Part shown: positions 1 to 6,473 of the stretch, piece after piece
Layout of the letters: each line of letters begins with the position of its first letter
How positions within the stretch are numbered: position 1 is the stretch's first letter
NCBI GenBank assembly: GCA_043804695.1
Contig: JAZDIV010000099.1
Span: forward strand, 1-11,705
From: PVC group bacterium
Lineage (GTDB): Bacteria > Auribacterota > Erginobacteria > Erginobacterales > Erginobacteraceae
DNA: 11,705 nt
Direction of reading: 5' to 3'
Translations under genes and position numbers: made by a program
Notes under the pieces: model-generated
What the model saw: only the letters and a program-made list of their open reading frames with translations
Told to the model about the DNA's origin: nothing
Database searches by the model: none

Positions 1-497
1 AGGAGAAAGTCGGAGATTGAGCCGGCAAGACACCCCTTGGCAACATCTTCCGTCGGCGGTAACTTCCGCCAGTAGGGCTCGCCGACGAGGATGATCCCTC
101 CGGTGCGGAGGCTTTGCGCCAGAAGCTCAATGGTGCCGACGACTCCCCCAGCGATCCACGTGGCACCGAGACAGGCTGCCACACCGGCCTTCTGGTCAGA
201 GACGAAGCCGGCAGCATCGCCATGGATGAACTTGACTTGATCGGCGACACCGAGTTTTTTAGCGCGGAGTTTCGCTTGCTCGGTGAACAACTGGCTCATG
301 TCGATGCCGGTGCCGATGACTCCGTAATCGCGTGCCCAGGTGCACAGCATCTCCCCCGAACCGCTGCCAAGGTCGAGCACTCGGGTTCCCGTTTCCAGAC
401 GCAGCGCCGCGCCGAGAGTGGCGAGCTTTTCGGGTGTGAACGGGTTATGGATGCGGTGAGCACTTTCGGTGATGTTGAAGATCCGTGGAATATCCAA
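1..497 (-). CDS. Class I SAM-dependent methyltransferase, YjhP-like (5' part; runs off the left edge)
   Basis: Not in the ORF track. Manual translation from TTG at 497: MDIPRIFNITESAHRIHNPFTPEKLATLGAALRLETGTRVLDLGSGSGEMLCTWARDYGVIGTGIDMSQLFTEQAK...GEPYW. Motif I VLDLGSGSG. SD AAAGGAG at 514-508. Confidence 0.92.
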   Translation of the reverse strand, partial: MDIPRIFNITESAHRIHNPFTPEKLATLGAALRLETGTRVLDLGSGSGEMLCTWARDYGVIGTGIDMSQLFTEQAKLRAKKLGVADQVKFIHGDAAGFVSDQKAGVAACLGATWIAGGVVGTIELLAQSLRTGGIILVGEPYWRKLPPTEDVAKGCLAGSISDFL

Positions 498-538
498 TGC
501 AGAAAATCTCCTTTCGGGTGTGAATAGATTCAGTCACT

Positions 539-570
539 GCCTAACTTGTGATTCTACACAAATCTCCGTT
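539..570 (-). mobile_element. Putative attI / cassette-insertion core site (GTTAGGC)
   Basis: Minus strand reads ...TGTAGAATCACAA-GTTAGGC (545-539), a GTTRRRY core about 40 nt upstream of the methyltransferase start. It lies between a Pc-like promoter and the gene, with an intI fragment diverging. The left extent is approximate. Confidence 0.6.
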
Positions 571-600
571 TGCCGGGGCACCCGAATCACCTAAATTTAA

Positions 601-629
601 AGCATATTGTCGACGAGAGGTGCTGTCAA
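601..629 (-). promoter_or_regulatory. Sigma70-type promoter (Pc-like) pointing at the core site and methyltransferase
   Basis: Minus strand TTGACA (629-624), 17-nt spacer, TATGCT (606-601). Confidence 0.7.
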
Positions 630-739
630 GCTTTCTTGTTCGCGGTCCGAAGAATCATGAGGGGAGGCGGTCAGGCGGCTACCATAACACTGGAAATTCC
701 TTGGTTATGGTGATTTGAGTATAACACGGGAACTTCGTT

Positions 740-903
740 ATGACTGATGCGGGCGACCGATTGCAGGAGGCACTGAACGGTTACACGTTCGAGCAGACGC
801 TGTTTACAAGAAGACACTGCAGGCGGCTGTGCGGCATGCTGTGCGCAAGGCGAACATCGCCAAGCACTCTTCGGTACATACCCTGTGGCACAGCTTCGCC
901 TGA
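740..903 (+). pseudogene. intI: Integron-integrase (tyrosine recombinase) remnant containing box II
   Basis: Frame 802-903 reads VYKKTLQAAVRHAVRKANIAKHSSVHTLWHSFA*, matching the IntI-type LQ.AV+.A...A.I.K..S.HTLRHSFA region. Catalytic Arg is replaced by Trp (TGG) and a stop follows. The ATG at 740 is in another frame and may be a leftover N-terminus (uncertain). Confidence 0.82.
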
Positions 904-1054
904 GCAAGAGACAATATATTCAGTGTTTAACGGGTGCAACGCCCTGTTCAGTTTTGTATCATTTTCCCTCTTAACCAGTGCTGATCTATTTTAAATTTAG
1001 TTCATAATTATCTGGGCGGCAATGTATAACTATTTATAACCTGATCGGGATACC

Positions 1055-1070
1055 TGGCACGATATCTGCT
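1055..1070 (+). promoter_or_regulatory. Sigma54 (RpoN) -24/-12 promoter upstream of the C25 fusion gene
   Basis: TGGCAC-GATAT-CTGCT versus consensus TGGCAC-N5-TTGCW. GG at 1056-57 and GC at 1068-69 give the canonical spacing. It sits in an AT-rich intergenic region. Confidence 0.7.
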
Positions 1071-1152
1071 TATATAGTATATTAATTTATAGCATAATAC
1101 AATCACCCAATGATTATATCACCATCCACGTCATCTCTGGCATTTTTCAAAA

Positions 1153-1198
1153 TTAAGCCGATTTATGCCTGCCTACCGGCAGGCATAAATCGGGTTAA
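1153..1198. repeat. 21-bp inverted repeat (hairpin) with GCCTGCC-TACC-GGCAGGC core
   Basis: TTAAGCCGATTTATGCCTGCC (1153-1173), loop TACC, GGCAGGCATAAATCGGGTTAA (1178-1198); one mismatch. Confidence 0.9.
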
Positions 1199-1216
1199 AC
1201 GGAATGCAACACCTCA

Positions 1217-4200
1217 ATGATGCACAGAACAGCCGCCATTATTCTTATTACGGTGATCCTGGCCGGTTTCCCGGGAACCGGCGGAACCGAAGAAGCCGCC
1301 CCCTCCCCGCCCCGCTGGATGGGACTGGAGAAAACAGTCGGTCGGACCGCGGCTGACCGGGCGACACGGGCGGCCGTGGTCAGTTCTTCGGCCAGGGAAC
1401 TCACCCTGTCGGTCGAGATCCCGGGGTTCTACCGGGGGGAGACCAGGCTGGCCGACGGAAAGACATACGCAACGGTCGCGGCCCCCGGCACGGGCCAGGT
1501 CGAGATCGGGATGCCCGATCTTCCCGTCTTCGGATCGGTGATCCTGATCCCGAACGGGACCGTCCCCACGCTGACCGTCGAACCGGGGATACCGCGTTTG
1601 TTCAGCACCATCGAGATCGCACCGGTGCAACCTCCCCCCACCGACGGGGAAGATGAAGGTCCGCCTCCCTTCCGGAAGAACACGGCCGTCTATGCCGCCG
1701 ACGGCGACTGCCCGGCCGATTTCGCCTCCCTGGAGCCGGTCGGGCGGATCCGGGGCCAGGAGTGCGCCGTTCTCCGTCTCCACCCCTTCCGCTACAACCC
1801 GGCCCGGAGGCTCCTGCGCGTCTATCCGGATCTGCGGGTGACCGTCAGCTTCGCCGGCGAGCCTGACACCCTCTCTCCCCGCCTGCGGAACCGATCGTTT
1901 GAAAATCTCCTGCTCCGGACGGCGCCCAACGCGGACGCGGTCCTGACGGCGGAAGACGCTATGGTCAGCCGTCGGGGCGCCCCCCGGAAAAGCGGGTACG
2001 GCGCAAACGGCGGCTGCGATTACCTGATCATCGCTCCCCCCGGCTTCGAGACGGCGGCGGGAACCCTGGCCGCCTGGAAGCGGAGATGCGGTTTTCGGAC
2101 CTACGCCGCCTCCACCGATGAAACCGGGGCGACCGCCGCCGCCATCCGGAACTATATCCAGGATGCCTACGATACCTGGGACCCGTGCCCCGCCTACGTC
2201 CTGCTGCTGGGAGACGTTGATTTCATCCCCACCAACTACGAAACCGTCCATCCCTACAGCGGGGGCCTGATCGGCACCGATCTCTACTTCTCGACCGTGG
2301 ACGGCACGGACTATTTCCCGGACATCAGCCTGGGAAGGATCTCGGTGGACACGGCGGAGCAGGCCGCAAAAAGGGTGAGCGACATCATCTCCTACGAGAG
2401 CGACCCGGTTCTCGACAGTTCGTTTTACGAAACCGCCTCTCTCTGCGCCTACTTCCAGCACGACACCGACGGGTACGCCGAACGGCGGTTCGCCCAGACC
2501 ACCGAGGACCTGGCCATCTTTCTCTCCGACCCGTCTTATCTGGGAGAGTACGCGGTCGAGCGGATCTACTATGCTCTCTCGACCGTCGATCCGCGGTACT
2601 GGTCGACAAGCTACTTTAGTGGGGGACCGGCCGGCGACGCCGGGGATCCCATCCCGGAGTATCTCCGGAAGCCGGGGTTCCCCTGGGACGGCAACGGCTT
2701 CGACCTCACGGCCGCGGTCAACGCGGGACGCTTCCTGGTCACCCACCGCGATCACGGATCGGCAACGGCCTGGTCCAGCCCCGGATACCCCTCCTCCCAG
2801 GTCAGCGCGCTGGCCAACGGCAACCGCCTCCCGGTGGTCTGGTCCGTCAACTGCCTGACGGGATTTTTCGACAAGGAGACCTGCGAGACCCCGAGCGCCA
2901 CCGTCTCCTTCAGCGAATGCTGGGAACGGAACCCCTCCGGCGGCGCGGCCGGGATCATTGCCGCCAGCCGGGTGAGCTACAGCGGCCATAATGACCGTCT
3001 CTTCTGGGGCTGGACCGACGCCGTCTGGCCGCAATTCCTGACCGGCTACGCCGGGATCGCTCCCTTTGCCAGCCCGGCCTACCGGATGGGGGACGTTCTG
3101 AACTACGGCAAGCTCTATTACGCGACCACCTATCCGGATAACATCATCCGGCAGGTCCAGTTCGAGATCTTCCACTGGTTCGGGGACCCCGCGATGATGA
3201 TCCGGACCGCGCCGCCGGCCGGCCTGGCCGCGGAGCATCCTCTTTCAGTCCGGACCGGGCAGGCAGCCGATTTCACCGTCGAGGTCACATCCGGGGGGGC
3301 GCCCCTTTCCGAGGCAACGGTCGCCATCTGCCGCGACGACGCGCCGGATGATTATTACACCGTGGTGACGGATAATAACGGCTCGGCGCTTTTCGCCGGG
3401 CTGGTCCTCTCCCAGGACGGCGAATACAACCTGGTGGCGACCGCCCCCAACTCCGTCCCCTACCGGGGAACCGTCGCCGCGGATCCCGACCCTTCGCCGA
3501 ACCCGGCCCCGACCGTTGAACAGACACCGACACCGCTTCCTCCCCCGCCCACAGCTCCACCGACCCCGGCGCCGGCAGCCAGCCCATCACCTCCCGGCGA
3601 GGCCGCAGTCATCGTCTGCCTGGGCGACAGCGTCACGCACGGGTACCCTTACGCCGATAACGGCAGCCCACACCTCACCTACCCGGCGGTGCTGGCCGAC
3701 CTGCTGGAGGAAGAGTACGGACCGGAGGCGGCGGCTGTTTACAACCAGGGGGTAAACGGCTACACGGCGGAAAACGTGATCGCTGACCTCTCCGCCCCGG
3801 GGGCGCTGGGCGAGGACCCGGATTATGTCCTGCTGATGATCGGCGGCAACGACCTGGCCGGGGCGACCGCCTGGACGATCTGGGACATCATCGTGGAGAC
3901 AACCTGGGAAGTGCAGTCCTGCATCGACCTGGCCAACGCTCACGTCAATGCCGACGGAAGTCACCCGGCCGTCATCGTCTCCGCCTTTATCCCCAATCTA
4001 CTGGAAGACGGCTGGGGATCCATGGCGGTCGACTACTTCAACCAGAGCCTGGAGGAAAACATCAGCCGCCACGCGCTCTGGTTCACCGACAACTGGGATG
4101 ACCTGTTTGACGGTGAAACCGGAGAGGCGAACCCGGCCTTGATGTTCGATTCAGTCCACCCCAACGGCGACGGATATGCAGTACTGGCGGCAAACTGGCT

Positions 4201-5107
4201 GGAAGCCCTGCAGACCCTGATGGAGCCGGCCGCCACCCCGACCCCCACCGGATCGCCGCCGCCGGTGACACCGCCGCCCCTGCAGACGCCGTCACCGACA
4301 CCGGCCATTCCCATCATATCCACCCCGACGCCGGGACCGGCCCTCCCCACCGCCACCCCGGTTCATTCCGCGACGCCGACCGGAGCGCCGACTCCATTAT
4401 CCACCCCGACTCCGACGCCGCCCCCGATAATCGCCACCCCGACCCCCGGGCCGGTTCCCTCGCCGCCGGCCCCCTCTCCCTCTCCCTCTCTGCAGGCCGC
4501 CTTTGATTACAACGGAGACGGCATCTCTGATATCGCCATTTTCCGGACCGGGAACGGCCTCTGGGCGATCCGGTCCGTGACCAGGGTGTATTTCGGAGGG
4601 GAAGAAGACCTGCCGGTGCCCGGAGACTATGCCGGAGACGGCATTACCGCGATCGCGATTTTCCGGCCGGACGCCGGGCTCTGGGCGATTCGGGGAGGGG
4701 AGCGGGCGTACTTCGGCCGGGTCGGCGACACCCCGGTTCCGTCCGACTATGACGGGGACGGAACGGACGAGATCGCCGTCTTCCGCAAAGAGAACGGCCT
4801 CTGGGCGATCAGAAACGGCCAGCGGGTTTATTTCGGCCGGGACAGGGACACCCCGGTCCCGGCCGACTTCGACGGGGACGGGGCGGATGAGATCGCCGTC
4901 TTCCGCGAAGAGAGCGGCCTCTGGGCGATCCGGGGCGGCGAACGGGTTTACTTCGGCGCCGACGGGGATTGGCCGGTACCCGGGCAATACTCCGGGACCG
5001 GGCGGGCCCTGCCGGCCATCTTCCGCGGAGAAGCCGGCCTCTGGGCGGCGCGTTCCGTCTTCAGGGTTTATTTCGGGAACCCGGGGGATCTTCCCGCGGC
5101 CAGATGA
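1217..5107 (+). CDS. Secreted multidomain protein: signal peptide, C25 propeptide, peptidase C25 (gingipain family), Ig-like segment, Pro/Thr linker, SGNH/GDSL hydrolase, Pro/Thr linker, five FG-GAP/VCBS-like repeats
   Basis: 1296-aa ORF with a hydrophobic N-terminus. C25 hallmarks: DYLIIAP, YVLLLGD, PDISLGRI, HRDHG (His at about 2753), SVNCLTG (Cys at about 2852), FGDP. SGNH blocks: GDS (3623-3631), GVNG, GGND, DSVHP. C-terminal DYxGDG repeats. Confidence 0.93.
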   Translation: MMHRTAAIILITVILAGFPGTGGTEEAAPSPPRWMGLEKTVGRTAADRATRAAVVSSSARELTLSVEIPGFYRGETRLADGKTYATVAAPGTGQVEIGMPDLPVFGSVILIPNGTVPTLTVEPGIPRLFSTIEIAPVQPPPTDGEDEGPPPFRKNTAVYAADGDCPADFASLEPVGRIRGQECAVLRLHPFRYNPARRLLRVYPDLRVTVSFAGEPDTLSPRLRNRSFENLLLRTAPNADAVLTAEDAMVSRRGAPRKSGYGANGGCDYLIIAPPGFETAAGTLAAWKRRCGFRTYAASTDETGATAAAIRNYIQDAYDTWDPCPAYVLLLGDVDFIPTNYETVHPYSGGLIGTDLYFSTVDGTDYFPDISLGRISVDTAEQAAKRVSDIISYESDPVLDSSFYETASLCAYFQHDTDGYAERRFAQTTEDLAIFLSDPSYLGEYAVERIYYALSTVDPRYWSTSYFSGGPAGDAGDPIPEYLRKPGFPWDGNGFDLTAAVNAGRFLVTHRDHGSATAWSSPGYPSSQVSALANGNRLPVVWSVNCLTGFFDKETCETPSATVSFSECWERNPSGGAAGIIAASRVSYSGHNDRLFWGWTDAVWPQFLTGYAGIAPFASPAYRMGDVLNYGKLYYATTYPDNIIRQVQFEIFHWFGDPAMMIRTAPPAGLAAEHPLSVRTGQAADFTVEVTSGGAPLSEATVAICRDDAPDDYYTVVTDNNGSALFAGLVLSQDGEYNLVATAPNSVPYRGTVAADPDPSPNPAPTVEQTPTPLPPPPTAPPTPAPAASPSPPGEAAVIVCLGDSVTHGYPYADNGSPHLTYPAVLADLLEEEYGPEAAAVYNQGVNGYTAENVIADLSAPGALGEDPDYVLLMIGGNDLAGATAWTIWDIIVETTWEVQSCIDLANAHVNADGSHPAVIVSAFIPNLLEDGWGSMAVDYFNQSLEENISRHALWFTDNWDDLFDGETGEANPALMFDSVHPNGDGYAVLAANWLEALQTLMEPAATPTPTGSPPPVTPPPLQTPSPTPAIPIISTPTPGPALPTATPVHSATPTGAPTPLSTPTPTPPPIIATPTPGPVPSPPAPSPSPSLQAAFDYNGDGISDIAIFRTGNGLWAIRSVTRVYFGGEEDLPVPGDYAGDGITAIAIFRPDAGLWAIRGGERAYFGRVGDTPVPSDYDGDGTDEIAVFRKENGLWAIRNGQRVYFGRDRDTPVPADFDGDGADEIAVFREESGLWAIRGGERVYFGADGDWPVPGQYSGTGRALPAIFRGEAGLWAARSVFRVYFGNPGDLPAAR
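4501..5100 (+). repeat. Five in-frame 120-nt (40-aa) tandem repeats in the C25 gene C-terminus
   Basis: CTGGGCG (GLWA) recurs at 4561, 4681, 4801, 4921 and 5041. Unit is roughly DYxGDGxxxIAxFRxxxGLWAIRxxxRxYFGxxxDxPVPx. Confidence 0.92.
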
Positions 5108-5146
5108 ACACCCCCTCTCCTGACCGCCGATCTCCGATATACGGAG

Positions 5147-5182
5147 AGCTTCCTCGACCGTGAGCGGATAGGGAAGTTTTTT
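5147..5182 (+). terminator. Possible intrinsic terminator of the C25 gene
   Basis: Imperfect stem AGCTTCCT..CCG-TGAG-CGG..GGGAAG followed by T6 (5177-5182). Confidence 0.35.
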
Positions 5183-5199
5183 CTGACTTTGGCGGGGAG

Positions 5200-5276
5200 G
5201 GCTAACGGCGGTGCCCCGCCGGGCCTGACCCCGCGAGGCGCGCCAGCGTCGATAGCGTGCATTCATCTTGTTCGGC
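5200..5276 (-). mobile_element. Degenerate or truncated attC site downstream of yoeB
   Basis: On the minus strand GCCGAAC (5276-5270) overlaps the yoeB stop, followed by a left arm ATGCACGCTATCGACGCTGGCGCG. GTTAGCC lies at 5206-5200 (77-bp span). The right arm pairs poorly. Confidence 0.55.
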
Positions 5277-5530
5277 TAATAATGATACCGCGCTTGAGCG
5301 ACTAGGACTTTCTTCTTGTCAACGGCGTACACCAGACGGTGTTCATCGGTAATGCGTCTGGACCAGAAGCCCGTCAAGTCATGTCGCAAAGGCTCCGGCT
5401 TACCCAGCCCCTCGAATGGCTCCCGCTCAATGTCCTTGATCAAGCGAACGATCCGCGCTGCGATTTTGCGATCATGCTCGACCCAATAGGAAAAGTCATC
5501 CCATCCCTGGTCTGCGAACACGATCTTCAT
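5276..5530 (-). CDS. yoeB: Txe/YoeB family toxin (ribosome-dependent mRNase)
   Basis: 84 aa with G.GKPEPLRHDLTGFWSRRITDEHRLVY and terminal RYHY. Start overlaps the antitoxin stop (ATGA). Confidence 0.96.
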   Translation of the reverse strand: MKIVFADQGWDDFSYWVEHDRKIAARIVRLIKDIEREPFEGLGKPEPLRHDLTGFWSRRITDEHRLVYAVDKKKVLVAQARYHY

Positions 5531-5784
5531 GCGATATCCGGAAGATTGTGTCCTGTTCCTTTACCTTTCCGGAGTTGTTCGACGGCGCTCCGCAGTCGCT
5601 TGGCATTCCGGGGACTGCGAAGCAAATACGCTGTCTCCTCCAGCGCCTCATAATCGTCAAGCGCCATCATGACGACGGCTTGGTCGCGGCGGCGAGTGAT
5701 AACTACGGGGGCGTGATCCTCACAAACACGTTGCATGGTGTCTGCGAGATTCTCTCTGGCTGCAGTATATGTTATAGCTTTCAT
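5527..5784 (-). CDS. yefM: Phd/YefM family antitoxin
   Basis: 85 aa: MKAITYTAARENLADTMQRVCEDHAPVVITR...ETAYLLRSPRNAKRL, typical YefM. Confidence 0.96.
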   Translation of the reverse strand: MKAITYTAARENLADTMQRVCEDHAPVVITRRRDQAVVMMALDDYEALEETAYLLRSPRNAKRLRSAVEQLRKGKGTGHNLPDIA

Positions 5785-5785
5785 A

Positions 5786-5819
5786 TGGACAGTATCACGT
5801 ACAAGTGGTAGATGCGCAA
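5786..5819 (-). promoter_or_regulatory. yefM-yoeB promoter with overlapping imperfect operator; probably leaderless
   Basis: Minus strand TTGCGC (5819-5814), 17-nt spacer, GATACT (5796-5791), with ATG 6 nt downstream and no SD. TGGAC-N8-GTACA (5786-5803) is a near-palindrome over the -10. Confidence 0.6.
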
Positions 5820-5838
5820 GCTATTTCTTCTCTGTCTT

Positions 5839-5975
5839 GCCGAACGAAAAGCTAAGCTGCCGGAAGGGGCCGACGGAAAAAGTATGCTACCCAGGAAAAC
5901 ATTGGCGAAGATAAAAATGTTCGACAGTAGCATTAGCCCTTCCGGTCCGACTTGATAGCTGCTGCCTAGTTCGTT
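5839..5975 (-). mobile_element. Long attC-like site upstream of the TA cassette
   Basis: Minus strand AACGAAC (5975-5969), immediately followed by the TAG of ORF 5966..6220, to GTTCGGC (5845-5839). Nested pairings: CCGGAAGGG 5860-68 / CCCTTCCGG 5937-45, ATGCTAC 5884-90 / GTAGCAT 5927-33, AACATT 5898-5903 / AATGTT 5916-21, CGAAC / GTTCG at the ends. Span 137 bp. Confidence 0.7.
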
Positions 5976-6180
5976 TTCGCCTCTGCCGCCTTGGTTAAAC
6001 CTTGGAAATAACCCTGTCTGAAGAGAACCTTTTGGTAATGTCCAGAATAATAGGCAAGTTCCAACCAATGATTCTCTCCAAATTCAATCATAATAGAGCC
6101 GGTATTAGAGCGCAGGCCTCTCTCGAAGAACTCCATGTATTTGTCGGTCTTTTCAACGTCAAGGATAGAGCTAATTTTAT
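5966..6180 (-). pseudogene. 3' remnant of an unknown, AT-rich cassette gene
   Basis: Open frame ...YMEFFERGLRSNTGSIMIEFGENHWLELAYYSGHYQKVLFRQGYFQGLTKAAEAKTN* ends at the attC-like R'' box. Its tracked start (6220) lies inside the opposite-strand intI fragment, so the true 5' end looks deleted. Confidence 0.45.
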
Positions 6181-6181
6181 C

Positions 6182-6314
6182 CCGCTGCCCGAATCGCTGC
6201 GCGATGCGCTTCGGATTCACCTGGCCAAGGTGCGAGTGTGGAGACGACGAGATCTACACCCACGTTGTGCGCGAGTTGAAAACGAAGGCGCGCAGCCCGT
6301 TGGACGCGCTGTAA
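6182..6314 (+). pseudogene. intI: Integron-integrase remnant: mid-protein piece fused to the C-terminus with the catalytic Tyr
   Basis: 6182-6235 = PLPESLRDALRIHLAKVR; 6235-6249 = SVETT; after a 1-nt frameshift 6252-6314 = IYTHVVRELKTKARSPLDAL*. LP..L...L..HL..V and TT.IYTHV......SPLD are IntI signatures. Confidence 0.88.
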
Positions 6315-6348
6315 GGCTCACGGTCCCGAGGAGCAAGAGGCAATAAAA

Positions 6349-6382
6349 TCCGGGGACACAAGGAATAAGTATTGTCCCCGGA
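6349..6382. repeat. 10-bp perfect inverted repeat TCCGGGGACA / TGTCCCCGGA with 14-nt loop (REP-like or terminator)
   Basis: Arms at 6349-6358 and 6373-6382, between the converging intI remnant and S9 gene. Confidence 0.8.
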
Positions 6383-6385
6383 ATT

Positions 6386-6473
6386 CGGAGAGGCGAACCC
6401 GGCCCTGATGCACGATTCGGCCCATCCCAACGGAGACGGCATCTCCGATATCGCCATTTTCCGGGGCGGGAAC
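6386..6473 (+). pseudogene. Diverged chimeric copy of two separate segments of the C25 fusion gene
   Basis: Reads GEANPALMHDSAHPNGDGISDIAIFRGGN. First part matches 4120-4167 (6 mismatches in 48 nt); second part matches 4510-4555 (3 mismatches in 46 nt). The parts join at the shared CAACGG(A/C)GACGG. Confidence 0.88.

Noticed and set aside
114..527. 137-aa + strand ORF
   Set aside because: Antisense shadow of the methyltransferase, which has a clear SAM motif and SD.
740..994. 84-aa ORF as an intact gene
   Set aside because: No recognisable motif. The meaningful integrase sequence is in a different frame (802-903).
1214..3238. 674-aa minus-strand ORF (also 4397..5266, 6594..7301, 8687..9814 and other nested ORFs)
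   Set aside because: Antisense or alternative-frame shadows of well-supported high-GC genes; no motifs.
4501..5100. Regularly spaced repeats as a CRISPR array
   Set aside because: The period is 120 nt and in frame, the intervening sequences are homologous to each other, and no cas genes are present. These are protein repeats.
6002..6346. 114-aa ORF as a functional integrase or other gene
   Set aside because: Only about 18 codons are IntI-like in this frame. The catalytic Tyr segment is out of frame and box II is missing. The upstream KDR may be coincidental because its spacing to LP is atypical.
6386..6473. DGR template/variable repeat pair with 4120-4167 and 4510-4555
   Set aside because: Mismatches are not confined to adenines on either strand, the copy is a two-part chimera, and no reverse transcriptase is in the window.
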